Of a DNA stretch of 64,000 nucleotides, positions 63,997 through 64,000 are shown piece after piece. The DNA is from a virus: IMG/VR virus record IMGVR_UViG_3300043571_000425. One strand, written 5' to 3'. Positions within the stretch are counted from its first letter, which is position 1. Every line of letters begins with the position of its first letter. Under the pieces are notes generated by a model. The model saw nothing but the letters and a program-made list of their open reading frames with translations, ran no database searches and was not told the origin of the DNA. The translations under genes and the position numbers were made by a program.

Positions 63997-64000
63997 GAAA

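Overview
The window looks like most of a siphovirus-type cyanophage genome, or possibly a prophage, although no integrase is visible. The host is probably a filamentous heterocyst-forming cyanobacterium. Supporting this, the cyanobacterial HIP1 palindrome GCGATCGC occurs at least 30 times by eye, the window encodes a sigma-70 family factor, and the CRISPR repeat is of a cyanobacterial type.

Recognisable modules:
- Replication: XRE regulator, initiator-like gene with internal iterons, DnaB.
- Head: portal, scaffold, major capsid.
- Packaging: TerL and an HNH endonuclease.
- Nucleotide metabolism and DNA modification: dCTP deaminase, DUF3310, ThyX, two to three methyltransferases, a ParB-like nuclease, and a Mom-like gene broken at a C10 tract.
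- Tail: tube protein, chaperone-like genes, and a roughly 4,100 aa tape measure protein carrying two muralytic domains.

Most notable observations:
1. A tightly coupled operon (27.6-32.4 kb) resembles a type IV-B CRISPR-Cas effector module: Cas7/Csf2-like, Cas5/Csf3-like, a CysH-like PAPS reductase, and a Csf1-like zinc-finger protein.
2. A TnpB-like type V nuclease with an intact RuvC sits next to a candidate tracrRNA anti-repeat and a 14-repeat CRISPR array. This block is inserted between the tail chaperone genes and the tape measure gene.
3. Three copies of the heterocyst-inhibitor motif RGSGR occur, one of them as DERGSGR (identical to the PatS C-terminus). They lie in an early protein and in an unannotated 57 aa ORF.

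All functional calls rest on motif recognition by eye. No database search or structure prediction was possible.
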